Source of the DNA: a virus
Lineage: Duplodnaviria; Caudoviricetes
Strand: one strand, 5' to 3'
Virus record (IMG/VR): IMGVR_UViG_3300037762_000135
Location: 1-57,020 of that record
Length of the DNA stretch: 57,020 bases
Positions within the stretch are counted from its first letter, which is position 1. Each line of letters starts with the position of its first letter. The notes beneath the pieces are model-generated. The model ran no database searches. It worked only from the letters and a program-made list of their open reading frames with translations, and was not told the origin of the DNA. Position numbers and translations under genes: made by a program. Below are positions 27,749 through 36,445 of the stretch, piece by piece.

Positions 27749-28515
27749 AAGACTTTACCGCCGTCGCAAACGAAATAATAGACTCAGGGAAACTAGACGC
27801 TTATCAGGGCTGGATACTTGTAAGGATTGCCCGCCGTGGTGTTTGTTTTGAGAGCCAGCGCAGCATGGCGGACGGCACAAATATAAGCTTGACGCACGTC
27901 AACCGCACCATGAAATGGCTTCAGGAAAACGGATACATTGAGCGCAAAAAGGATTGTCAGACCGGTCGCATTGGGTGGTCAATTGTGTCACCACAGGAAC
28001 AAACACAACAAAACTTTGTACCACCACAGGAACAAGGTGTGTTACCTGAGGAACGGAGTGTGTTACCACAGGAACGCTTTGTACCACCACAGGAACGCCA
28101 TCTTAATAAGACTACTATAAAAAGACCCATTAAAAAGAGAGAGAGGGAAACAAACGCATTTTGGGCTGTGCCCGAAAATTTACAAAACAAAGATTTTCTA
28201 AAATGGTGGAAGCGATGGCTTGAACATGTAGATCAAGCGAACTTAACTTTTACTGAAACTCAGGCGGCGATAAAACTGGCTGCATTAGCTGACGCTGGTT
28301 CGCTGGCTGCGATTGAAAGTTTACGAATGACGCTAGATCGCGGTTGGAAGAATATCCACGTTCTGGATACGGCCGTTACAGGTCAATCCAATGGGGCGGC
28401 CAGGACTCCACACCGTGTAGAGGTTCCAGACGGCAACGGTGGAACATTGGTTTACATCGACGGCAAACTGGACAAGGACGCGACATATGGACACAACAAA
28501 CAACCCACTAACTGA
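27745..28515 (+). CDS. Replication initiator (N-terminal winged HTH, lambda O-like layout)
   Basis: SQRSMA..T.IS...V...L...GYI; internal iterons; upstream of the helicase. Confidence 0.75.
   Translation: MKDFTAVANEIIDSGKLDAYQGWILVRIARRGVCFESQRSMADGTNISLTHVNRTMKWLQENGYIERKKDCQTGRIGWSIVSPQEQTQQNFVPPQEQGVLPEERSVLPQERFVPPQERHLNKTTIKRPIKKRERETNAFWAVPENLQNKDFLKWWKRWLEHVDQANLTFTETQAAIKLAALADAGSLAAIESLRMTLDRGWKNIHVLDTAVTGQSNGAARTPHRVEVPDGNGGTLVYIDGKLDKDATYGHNKQPTN
27984..28096 (+). repeat. Iteron-like repeats, putative replication origin
   Basis: Five TGT...ACC(AC/TG)AGGAAC copies, four at 21-bp period, followed by an A-rich tract. Confidence 0.75.
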
Positions 28516-29518
28516 ACCATACCTGATATTGGCACAGGAGCTTTTACGAAAGGTTTACGCCGATGTGGACCAGGACCAAATTCACTTATGGCTGCTCACC
28601 CAACTTGGCAAGCTAAATAGCCACACGGATGAGACGGCCGTTCTCACCTGGCTGGAATCGTTTGATTACTATGACGAGCTTCTGACCAAACGTCAGGAAA
28701 AGGCAAACCAGCCCGACGCAATGGCCGGAATGCTACGCTGGGCGTGGTCAAGCTGGAACAAGATGATAGACCCAATGGAGCCGGGGTTGCTGGCTGTTAT
28801 AGCCGCTGGCGATGGCATGGGTAAAACAACCTACGCCGAAATGCAGGCGGAATACTGGGCCAACCATAACAGCAAGATCGCCTTCGTTCACTTTGAGCTT
28901 AACAAGTCAGTTATGCTAGACCGCCGCGCCGCACGGCATACGCTCATCAGCCGCCGCGAATTGAAGATGGGACCATACACGCCTGAAACCATACGCAGAT
29001 GGCACGAAACACGCGACCGTCTCAAGCAATGGGATGGTCAGATAACCTACATTCACACGCCCGGTTGGTCAATGGCAGATGTTGTAAAGCAGCTGAATCA
29101 CCACGTCAAAGAAAATGAGTGCGACGCGGTAGTGATTGACTATCTGGAGAAAGCAGCACCGTCTGACAAACAAGTCAAACTGTACGGCAATATGCACTGG
29201 CAGCGGGAGGCTCACGACGTTGAAACGGTCAAGAACTTCGCGGAATCCACAGAGACACCGGTAATCCTCCTAGCTCAGATGAACAAGGCAGGAAAAGACC
29301 GTGGCATGGATACATTGACCCGCACGGCCATTCGTGGATCAGGCGAGAAAACAGAGAAAGCTAACATCGTTGTTTTGCTTCACCGGGAGCTAGACAACGA
29401 AAACGGATACGTACCAACAGTCGATGTGAGGATTGATAAAAACACACTAGGCCCGACTGGAACATTTCAACAGTGGCTAGACGGCGAACATTTCAGAGTG
29501 TTCGATACACAGGAGTAA
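28487..29518 (+). CDS. DnaB-like replicative helicase
   Basis: Walker A AGDGMGKT, VVIDYL, LAQMN, IRGSG and KN..GPTG. Confidence 0.85.
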   Translation: MDTTNNPLTEPYLILAQELLRKVYADVDQDQIHLWLLTQLGKLNSHTDETAVLTWLESFDYYDELLTKRQEKANQPDAMAGMLRWAWSSWNKMIDPMEPGLLAVIAAGDGMGKTTYAEMQAEYWANHNSKIAFVHFELNKSVMLDRRAARHTLISRRELKMGPYTPETIRRWHETRDRLKQWDGQITYIHTPGWSMADVVKQLNHHVKENECDAVVIDYLEKAAPSDKQVKLYGNMHWQREAHDVETVKNFAESTETPVILLAQMNKAGKDRGMDTLTRTAIRGSGEKTEKANIVVLLHRELDNENGYVPTVDVRIDKNTLGPTGTFQQWLDGEHFRVFDTQE

Positions 29519-29520
29519 TA

Positions 29521-30084
29521 ATGAATGTAATAGAAATTGGACCTAACGGCCGTATCAAGTTTGTGACCTATAACCCATTTGAGATTTTACGCCGATGGCT
29601 TGACCGGGAAGCCAAACCCTGTGTTGTTTGTGGTGTACCAACAAAGCACATGCTTGTTAATTCTTCTACCGGTTCTCATGACCACGTTCACCACCCGGAC
29701 GATCCCGATTTTATCGGTTGCAAATACGTTTGGCGTTATTGGCGCGATTCTGCTGGCAAGGTTACGAAACCGGAGTGGATGGCGCGCCACGCTGAAGAAA
29801 TAGCAGAAGGCTGGATTGATTTACACGACTACCCAGATGAGGATTTTTGGGATGATCGGGATAGTTACCACGATTACCGTTCATACATCGCTTCAAGAGA
29901 GTGGGAAATAAAGTCCTACTACACCAAACAAGCGGCTGGGTGGCGGTGCGAAAAGTGCAAACGTGGCGGCAACAAAACGACGCTGCACCTGCACCACAAA
30001 CATTACAAGACGCTGTACCAGGAACGACGTAGAGACGTTGAGGTACTTTGTGAGGATTGCCACCGGGAACGGCACGGCAAATAA
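29521..30084 (+). CDS. HNH endonuclease
   Basis: CEKC...LHLHH..Y.....E...DV.VLC..CH...H. Confidence 0.8.
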   Translation: MNVIEIGPNGRIKFVTYNPFEILRRWLDREAKPCVVCGVPTKHMLVNSSTGSHDHVHHPDDPDFIGCKYVWRYWRDSAGKVTKPEWMARHAEEIAEGWIDLHDYPDEDFWDDRDSYHDYRSYIASREWEIKSYYTKQAAGWRCEKCKRGGNKTTLHLHHKHYKTLYQERRRDVEVLCEDCHRERHGK

Positions 30085-30110
30085 CTAAAGCCGCACCAGC
30101 GGCGGGAGGC

Positions 30111-30338
30111 ATGACGATGACAGAAACATTTGATATTCGCGGCTTTGACCAACTAGAGCTACAAGGACGGCCTGCTACGATTCAGTCAATCATTGACGCG
30201 GTATGGTCTGACGAATTCCACGAACAAGAGCCGATGACAGGAGCGCCAGAGGTTTGCTTATGCTGGATATGCCAGTCATTAGTACCGGCATTAGAGCAGT
30301 TGGCACGGGCCACGGCCGAAGGGGCGAGTGATGGCTGA
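30111..30338 (+). CDS. Hypothetical protein
   Basis: GGAGG RBS. Confidence 0.5.
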   Translation: MTMTETFDIRGFDQLELQGRPATIQSIIDAVWSDEFHEQEPMTGAPEVCLCWICQSLVPALEQLARATAEGASDG

Positions 30339-31137
30339 AAATACAGAAATTTCCTGGACGAACCATTCGGCGAATTTTTGGTGGGGTTGCTTCAAAGTTT
30401 CCCCAGGCTGCCAAAACTGCTACGCCGATACACTGGCGAACCGTTGGGGCAAGAGCATTTGGGGACCAACAAAAACAACGGAACGCGAATATAAAAAAGG
30501 CATCTGGTCTGAATTGCCAAAATGGAATGAGCGTGCGAAGCAAACCGGCAAACGCGAAAAGGTTTTTGTCATGTCGATGGGCGACTTCTTTGAGGATCAC
30601 CCACAGGTTACAGAATGGCGTGACAAGGCGCTGACCTTGATTCAGGCGTGTCATTACCTTGACTTCCAGGTGTTGACCAAACGGCCGGAAAACGTTGTGA
30701 GAATGATTGAAACGGCAAACAGCCATTCGTTCAGCGATGCCGAAATGTGGTTTTACAACTTCCCTAATGTCTGGATTGGCACCAGCATAGAGAACCAGGA
30801 GCAGGCGTCAGAACGAATCCCGGCACTTTGCGATATTCCGGCACGGGTCCGCTTTTTGAGTTGCGAGCCTCTTTTGGGTCCGGTTGATATTGACCGCTTG
30901 GGTGTGTTTCGTTTTGATGGCGCGGTTTTACGATCACCAAACTTGATTCATTGGGTAATTGTCGGCGGCGAATCTGGACACGGTAAGCGGCCGTTTAATC
31001 CAGACTGGGCGCGTAGCATCCGAGACCAGTGCCAGCGGGCAGGCGTACCGTTCTTCATGAAACAGATGGATAAGGTTCAGCCAATTCCAGGGGATTTAAT
31101 GATTCGGGAATTCCCGCAAACGGTGAAGGCAGCATGA
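30331..31137 (+). CDS. Phage Gp37/Gp68 (DUF5131) family protein
   Basis: I.WT..S.N.W.GC.KVSPGC.NCYA; RFLSCEPLLG; WVIVGGESG; FFMKQ. Confidence 0.92.
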   Translation: MAENTEISWTNHSANFWWGCFKVSPGCQNCYADTLANRWGKSIWGPTKTTEREYKKGIWSELPKWNERAKQTGKREKVFVMSMGDFFEDHPQVTEWRDKALTLIQACHYLDFQVLTKRPENVVRMIETANSHSFSDAEMWFYNFPNVWIGTSIENQEQASERIPALCDIPARVRFLSCEPLLGPVDIDRLGVFRFDGAVLRSPNLIHWVIVGGESGHGKRPFNPDWARSIRDQCQRAGVPFFMKQMDKVQPIPGDLMIREFPQTVKAA

Positions 31138-31358
31138 GCGAACTAAGCGGCGTCTACAAAATCAAAACCAATGCCGGATATTACTACTCTGTGAGCAACG
31201 GCCGTTACGGCCGCTTCGGTGGTTTTCAGGATGGCTGGCGACTGTGCCAGGCGTGTGCCGATATGGTGGTCGAATCATTTACCGAGTTGGGACTTGAGCC
31301 GGAACTGGAGCAAGTAAATCCGTGGCATTGCCAACGGTGCCAGGTGCGTGCGCAATGA
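31134..31358 (+). CDS. Hypothetical protein
   Basis: ATGA overlap; CxxC pairs. Confidence 0.5.
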   Translation: MSELSGVYKIKTNAGYYYSVSNGRYGRFGGFQDGWRLCQACADMVVESFTELGLEPELEQVNPWHCQRCQVRAQ

Positions 31359-31416
31359 CCCGCGCCCACGGCATCACGACGAACGGCCGTAGGGCCACGA
31401 TGAAAAGGAACGTGAC

Positions 31417-32334
31417 ATGAAGGTAACAAGACCTGCATTAAGATATTACGGCGGGGGCTGGACACGGGCCAAGTGGACGATTGAACACTTCCCGCAGCAC
31501 GACAACTATGTCGAGCCGTGTTTTGGCGCTGGCTCTATCCTGGCCCGCAAGCCGCCGGCGCTTCTGGAATCGGTCAACGACATAGACGGCCGTGTCGTGA
31601 ACTTCTTCCAGGTGCTGCGCGAACGGCCGTATGAACTGCTAGAACAAATCAACATGACGCCGTGGGCAGAGGGCGAATTAAAAAATTGCCTACCGCTGGC
31701 TTATGACCCGCTGGAAGACGCTCGCCGTTTTTTCATGGCATGCTGGATGAATATACACGGCAACCCACTGCCAGGAACGGCAGCCAGCTTCAGGCACCAG
31801 GAATCAATTGAGGGGCGATACGCCACGCCAGCCAGCGATGCTATCAACCGTGATGACCTACTGACGTTTTCACACCGCCTTAAAAACGCGCAAATCTTCA
31901 ACCGGGATGCCATAGATATTATTCGCAAGTTTCACGAACAAGACTGCCTGATTTACTTTGACCCGCCGTACATGGAAGAGACCAGAAAACGCAAGCGCGG
32001 CTATGCCAACGAAGTCACCCCGGCTTGGCACAGGTTGGCCGCAGCGTGGCTGCGCCGTGCCAGGGGGTATGTTGTGGTGTCTGGCTACCGCTCGCGTCTC
32101 TACGAGCGAATTTACGAGGATTACGGCTGGCAGAGAGTAGAGCGAGAGCAAAAGACGAACGGCAAGACAACGGCCGTTGAGTGCCTTTGGTTATCGCCAC
32201 GCACACAGCAGGCGTTAGCGCATGAGGCCGCGCCGTTGCTCGAAGATGCACCATTGCCGCTATTACCGATATTTTCCAGGGATGATTATCACAATCGCAT
32301 TACTTGGGAAGGTTCGGACAAGTGGCCGTTATAG
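31417..32334 (+). CDS. DNA adenine methyltransferase (D12 / Dam class)
   Basis: LRYYGG, YVEPCFGAGS, ND.DG, DPPY. Confidence 0.9.
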   Translation: MKVTRPALRYYGGGWTRAKWTIEHFPQHDNYVEPCFGAGSILARKPPALLESVNDIDGRVVNFFQVLRERPYELLEQINMTPWAEGELKNCLPLAYDPLEDARRFFMACWMNIHGNPLPGTAASFRHQESIEGRYATPASDAINRDDLLTFSHRLKNAQIFNRDAIDIIRKFHEQDCLIYFDPPYMEETRKRKRGYANEVTPAWHRLAAAWLRRARGYVVVSGYRSRLYERIYEDYGWQRVEREQKTNGKTTAVECLWLSPRTQQALAHEAAPLLEDAPLPLLPIFSRDDYHNRITWEGSDKWPL

Positions 32335-32369
32335 CCGCCAGCACCGACGGCGCGACAGTTGAGGTTACT

Positions 32370-32570
32370 ATGATTCAGCTACAGCTATTCGATATGCGGC
32401 AAAAGACGCCGTATGAGCAACACAGCGAAATGATGGCGGCGCTGCGTCATGCGTTCCTGTTGTTTTACCAGGATGCCACGAAGATGGAACCAGAGGTGAC
32501 GGGGAAGCGTTTCTTTGTCACGTTGCCGGACGGGCGGCGAATGACAGTGCAGATGGAAGTTGAGCCGTAA
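32370..32570 (+). CDS. Hypothetical protein
   Basis: GAGG RBS. Confidence 0.5.
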   Translation: MIQLQLFDMRQKTPYEQHSEMMAALRHAFLLFYQDATKMEPEVTGKRFFVTLPDGRRMTVQMEVEP

Positions 32571-32623
32571 ATTTTAAGGTTGGGGGGTTGTGTTGGTGTG
32601 TTCAGTTGTGTACAATAGTGCTC

Positions 32624-32776
32624 ATGACCGACAAGCATGTGAGAATAGACCAGGGCAATTACGAGGCATTAAGCGAGATTAGCAAAGACACCGATGTGCC
32701 TATCGTGCGGTTGGTGAACAAGGCCATCCGCGAATGGCTAGAAAAGCAAAGCGAGGTTAAAGATGAGCGAAAATAG
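32624..32776 (+). CDS. Ribbon-helix-helix protein (leaderless)
   Basis: KHVRI....YE.L..IS..T.VP..RLV..AI.EWL; TGTGTACAAT 7 nt upstream. Confidence 0.8.
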   Translation: MTDKHVRIDQGNYEALSEISKDTDVPIVRLVNKAIREWLEKQSEVKDERK

Positions 32777-33182
32777 CAATGTAGAAATGTGGGCAGTAGT
32801 AGAATTAATGGGGCACGGCCGTACAGCAGGTATTATTCGCACGTCCGACTTGGGCGGCCTAATCCGCGTTGATGTGCCTGTAGATGAGGGGTATCGCACG
32901 GAGTATTACGGGGAAGCCGCAATCTACGGTATTAAGGTTGTGAGCGAGGAAATCGCCCGCGCCTACGCCCTTCCCTCTCGGGACATTTTGGCTTACGATG
33001 AACCAATCGTACCACGTGCCGATTACGAGAAGGCGCTGCAAATTGCCCGTAGCAACGCTGGCGACATGCAACGAACGATTGACGAACTCACACGGCGATT
33101 GACGGCCGTTACTGCCTTGCCCTCTGGCAACAGCTTTGACGGTAACAGAGATTATTACAGCGAGGATGACAAAGACTGGTAA
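32763..33182 (+). CDS. Conserved phage hypothetical protein (WAVVELMGH motif)
   Basis: GAGG RBS; recognisable motif. Confidence 0.7.
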   Translation: MSENSNVEMWAVVELMGHGRTAGIIRTSDLGGLIRVDVPVDEGYRTEYYGEAAIYGIKVVSEEIARAYALPSRDILAYDEPIVPRADYEKALQIARSNAGDMQRTIDELTRRLTAVTALPSGNSFDGNRDYYSEDDKDW

Positions 33183-33195
33183 CACAAACACAATC

Positions 33196-33330
33196 GCCTC
33201 TACCCTAATGTTACGAGCATCAGGGTAGAGGCTAACCAATAGCACAGCACCGGCTAGAGCAACTGTGCAACGGCTAACGTAATGTTAGCTCATAAGCCCG
33301 GCGCTGCGCAAGCAGGTCGGGTTTTTTGTT
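33196..33330 (+). ncRNA. Multi-hairpin intergenic RNA ending in a terminator
   Basis: Stems 33196-33206/33222-33232, 33242-47/33263-68 and 33273-33289; terminator about 33295-33327. Confidence 0.55.
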
Positions 33331-33350
33331 GTTTTCATGGAGGTTACGAA

Positions 33351-33590
33351 ATGAATTTGTGGGCATTGTTTAGCGCAGAAAGTGACAAGAGCGGCAAGGT
33401 TGAAACCTGGGACCAGGACCCGTACAAAGGTGATGCCAACCTGGGAAACATGAGCGTCAGCGAGGCGGCTGATTGGGCATTGGAAGAAATTTCTGAAGAT
33501 GCTTCCAATGCCGTCATTGTTTCAGACGATGGCAAGATTCAAAAATGGATTATGAATTCACCTAAAGACCAGCCGCGCCGGTGGTGGTAA
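33351..33590 (+). CDS. Hypothetical protein
   Basis: GGAGG RBS. Confidence 0.55.
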   Translation: MNLWALFSAESDKSGKVETWDQDPYKGDANLGNMSVSEAADWALEEISEDASNAVIVSDDGKIQKWIMNSPKDQPRRWW

Positions 33591-33600
33591 AGGAGCTCCA

Positions 33601-34050
33601 ATGAAAGAATTTAAAACGATTGTCCTAATTATTATCGTGCTGGTTGCTTATGACTGGCTAAAGAGCAGTGGGGCGGTATTTCCCACCCTGGCGCAGCCAG
33701 TCCAGGTGGACCCGGAACGGCTCTATCAGCAGCCAGTCACCATTGACACCAGCGCACCCGCTACGGTGGTTTATCTTGAGCCTGAGTGGGCTACCCTGGC
33801 CGCGCCAACGGCCGAACCAATCAGCACATTGGCACCATTGCCAACCTATACGCCGCTGCCGACGTACACGCCGTATCCCACGGCAACGGCCGTGCAATTG
33901 GTACCCGATTACAATCTGCCACCGATGGGCCCGTATTCGCTCCAGGAGATTGACCTGTGCGAGGCGATTATCAACGGCGGCCAGCTGGACACGCTGCCAC
34001 TGGCACAGCGCGGGCTATGTGAGCAGTACGTGGCGATGAGGAATAAATAA
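33601..34050 (+). CDS. Membrane-anchored protein with PTYTP-repeat linker
   Basis: N-terminal TM; LPTYTPLPTYTPYPT. Confidence 0.65.
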   Translation: MKEFKTIVLIIIVLVAYDWLKSSGAVFPTLAQPVQVDPERLYQQPVTIDTSAPATVVYLEPEWATLAAPTAEPISTLAPLPTYTPLPTYTPYPTATAVQLVPDYNLPPMGPYSLQEIDLCEAIINGGQLDTLPLAQRGLCEQYVAMRNK

Positions 34051-34262
34051 TGGACGATTTTATGCTTGTTCTTGGTGGTATTGGCATCCTCATGGCGATT
34101 GTGTTGTTTATGTGGATTTGGGCAGACAGCGAGTCTGTTGCCGTACGGCGCACGCTAGAACTCCACTATGACCCCGATGAAGTTGACTACCTGATGAGCA
34201 GCGAAGAGTTTACGAAAACAATCTATCCGCAAATCGCCGAGGATATTAAAAAGGCGAGGTAA
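34050..34262 (+). CDS. Single-TM protein
   Basis: Hydrophobic N-terminus. Confidence 0.6.
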   Translation: MDDFMLVLGGIGILMAIVLFMWIWADSESVAVRRTLELHYDPDEVDYLMSSEEFTKTIYPQIAEDIKKAR

Positions 34263-34285
34263 CTACAAGGACGGGAAACTGATTC

Positions 34286-34951
34286 ATGTTTGAATTCCAG
34301 GAATTCGCCAAAACCATAGCGTATCGTGCAGGTTACGCCATTTTTGCGGCCGTCATGATCGGCACTATTTTTGCCTATGACAGGTTCCCCGCTCTTCACT
34401 GGTGGTTGATGTCGGCAATGTTTGGCGTTTTTGCTTACTCCGTTGCTTATGCGGTGGTGTTTAGTGCGGTAGCCAAAGACGCATTGTCAGAGGTTGATGA
34501 AGTGCCCCAGCCTCCGACAAAACAAAAAGCGCAGCCAACACTACCGACCAATCAGCCAATTAGGGAAAAAGCTGTTCGCCAGAACATAGAGGCCGAAGAA
34601 GTCGAGGTACTGCCGGAACACATCCGCCGCGTAGACAAAATGATTTGGGCAGATCGCCTAAACATTAACGGCCGTATGGTGGAGATGCCTGCCGGATTCA
34701 AGGCAGAATGGCTCTATACGCTGGCGAAAAAGCGCGCGGCGGGGCAGCTGGAAACAATTTCCTTGCGGGCGCTGGATGACATTGGTATCAGCCGTTGGGG
34801 GAATGGCAACAGCCCGGCTTTGCAAGTGATTGCGGTATTGGAAAAAACGGAATGCATTGAGAGCAGGGGGAGCAACCAACCCTATGTTTGGACGGGAAGA
34901 GGCAGCGTGGCTTTCCCCTCCCCCACCCGCTCTCAATTATTGGTAAATTAA
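34286..34951 (+). CDS. Two-TM protein with possible C-terminal winged helix
   Basis: TM pair, Pro/Gln linker, helix-turn-helix-wing pattern. Confidence 0.55.
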   Translation: MFEFQEFAKTIAYRAGYAIFAAVMIGTIFAYDRFPALHWWLMSAMFGVFAYSVAYAVVFSAVAKDALSEVDEVPQPPTKQKAQPTLPTNQPIREKAVRQNIEAEEVEVLPEHIRRVDKMIWADRLNINGRMVEMPAGFKAEWLYTLAKKRAAGQLETISLRALDDIGISRWGNGNSPALQVIAVLEKTECIESRGSNQPYVWTGRGSVAFPSPTRSQLLVN

Positions 34952-35019
34952 CGCGGTGGACCTCCAGGCACCACCGCACCACCACCGCACCACCGCGACG
35001 TGGTGCATAGGATAAAATT

Positions 35020-35691
35020 ATGCAAAACATATGGAGAAGTATCGAGAAAGGAATAACCGGCGGGCCCTACGTGCTTTGGGTTATGTTTATCGCCTTATGC
35101 GGTGTCATCCTGGGTGGATGGTTTTTTTGGGAAGATTACCAGTCATCCCGCCAGGGCATCCAACTCCTGGAACAGGTTTTTGGCCTGAACACCGTCAATC
35201 ATCCGTGGACGTATGGATTTATGTCCATAGCTCCGCAAATTGGGCAGATTCTATTCCTCGCCCTATTCACCATCAATCCGAAAAAGAACTGGTGGGCTGG
35301 CGCTGTGGCCCTGGCGTGGTTCGGGCTTGACTTCACCTCAGACGTGCAGGACCGCAGCGCGGGGCACCTGATTGTCCTATCAGCTACGGGATTCAATCAG
35401 GTGAATTTCGATACCAAAACGGCCGTTGCCGCCATTGAAACCTTTTTCTTTTTCACGGTTGGTAGTGAGCTTTTTCTTACGGCAGGCGTGGCGCTCATTA
35501 TCACGCTGTTTCCCGCCAGCGTGGGCGAGTACGTCAAGATGAGAAACAACATCAAGCGTGAGCTGGCCAAAGCTGCCAAACAGCTGAAAGAAACCGACCG
35601 CGAAACGGCACGGCCAATGCGAACCAACAGCGACGGCATGGGGCGACCGGTGAGAGAGACGCGGCAACACCCCCAAAGGTGGAATCGATGA
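35020..35691 (+). CDS. Polytopic (about 4 TM) membrane protein
   Basis: Hydrophobic segments with basic coiled C-terminus. Confidence 0.65.
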   Translation: MQNIWRSIEKGITGGPYVLWVMFIALCGVILGGWFFWEDYQSSRQGIQLLEQVFGLNTVNHPWTYGFMSIAPQIGQILFLALFTINPKKNWWAGAVALAWFGLDFTSDVQDRSAGHLIVLSATGFNQVNFDTKTAVAAIETFFFFTVGSELFLTAGVALIITLFPASVGEYVKMRNNIKRELAKAAKQLKETDRETARPMRTNSDGMGRPVRETRQHPQRWNR

Positions 35692-36445
35692 ATAAAATCC
35701 AAGTGAACAACGGCCGTATCGTCCTAACACCAAAAAACACCCTCCAGACTTGGCAGCCAGCACCAGCACCGCCGCCGCCAATCTTGATTGAGCCACGGCG
35801 ACAAATCCAGACGCAGCCACTTGGCTATTATCTGGCCGTAGGCTGGCAACGTTACGGCGTGGCCCGCAACGCTTTTGTTCAGCCAGTGACGACAGGCTAT
35901 TATGCCTACGAACGGCGCACAGGATGGCGCGTGTGCGCTTTAGCCGCAATCTACATAGGATTAAGCGGGGATAGCGCCCAAAACGTGTACGGGCTTGATT
36001 TTAATGCCGTGGAGTATGGCATCACTCGTATGACTGGCATCAATCTGGCGTATGTCTACGCCCCGGCCGTTGCATCCATGCCCGGCGTCCAAAAAGGTGA
36101 GCCGGTGTCATTGCTCGGACATCTGGCGCATCTGACCGACAATCATTGGCCAGCAAAGGAAATTATCCACTATTGCCTCGCTGCTCAGGCGTGGCACAAT
36201 GAGCATAGGAGCGAAACGAAATGAGCGACACGCAAACGAAACCAAAGCAAACGAATCAGAACGGAACCAAACCGAAACCAACTGAACTAGACACAACTAG
36301 ATTCAGTTTAAGTCCAGCCACACACGAAGCGCTGCTGCTGGACTACGCCAACGGCCGTTCCACCACGCCGCAGCAAATCGTAAACGTCACCGTCAAGAAA
36401 GGCGGCGGCGTGGAGATTGAAACGGTGGACGAGGAAACGAAATGA
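35688..36445 (+). CDS. Two hypothetical genes (35688-36224, 36221-36445)
   Basis: ATGA overlaps. Confidence 0.5.

Noticed and set aside
27984-28096. Repeats as a mini CRISPR array
   Set aside because: The 21-bp period leaves no spacer-sized gaps, the repeats lie inside the initiator gene and no cas genes are present; they fit iterons.
34969-34996. GCGGTGGT repeats as Chi sites
   Set aside because: They differ from GCTGGTGG, are local rather than genome-wide, and the host Chi sequence is unknown.
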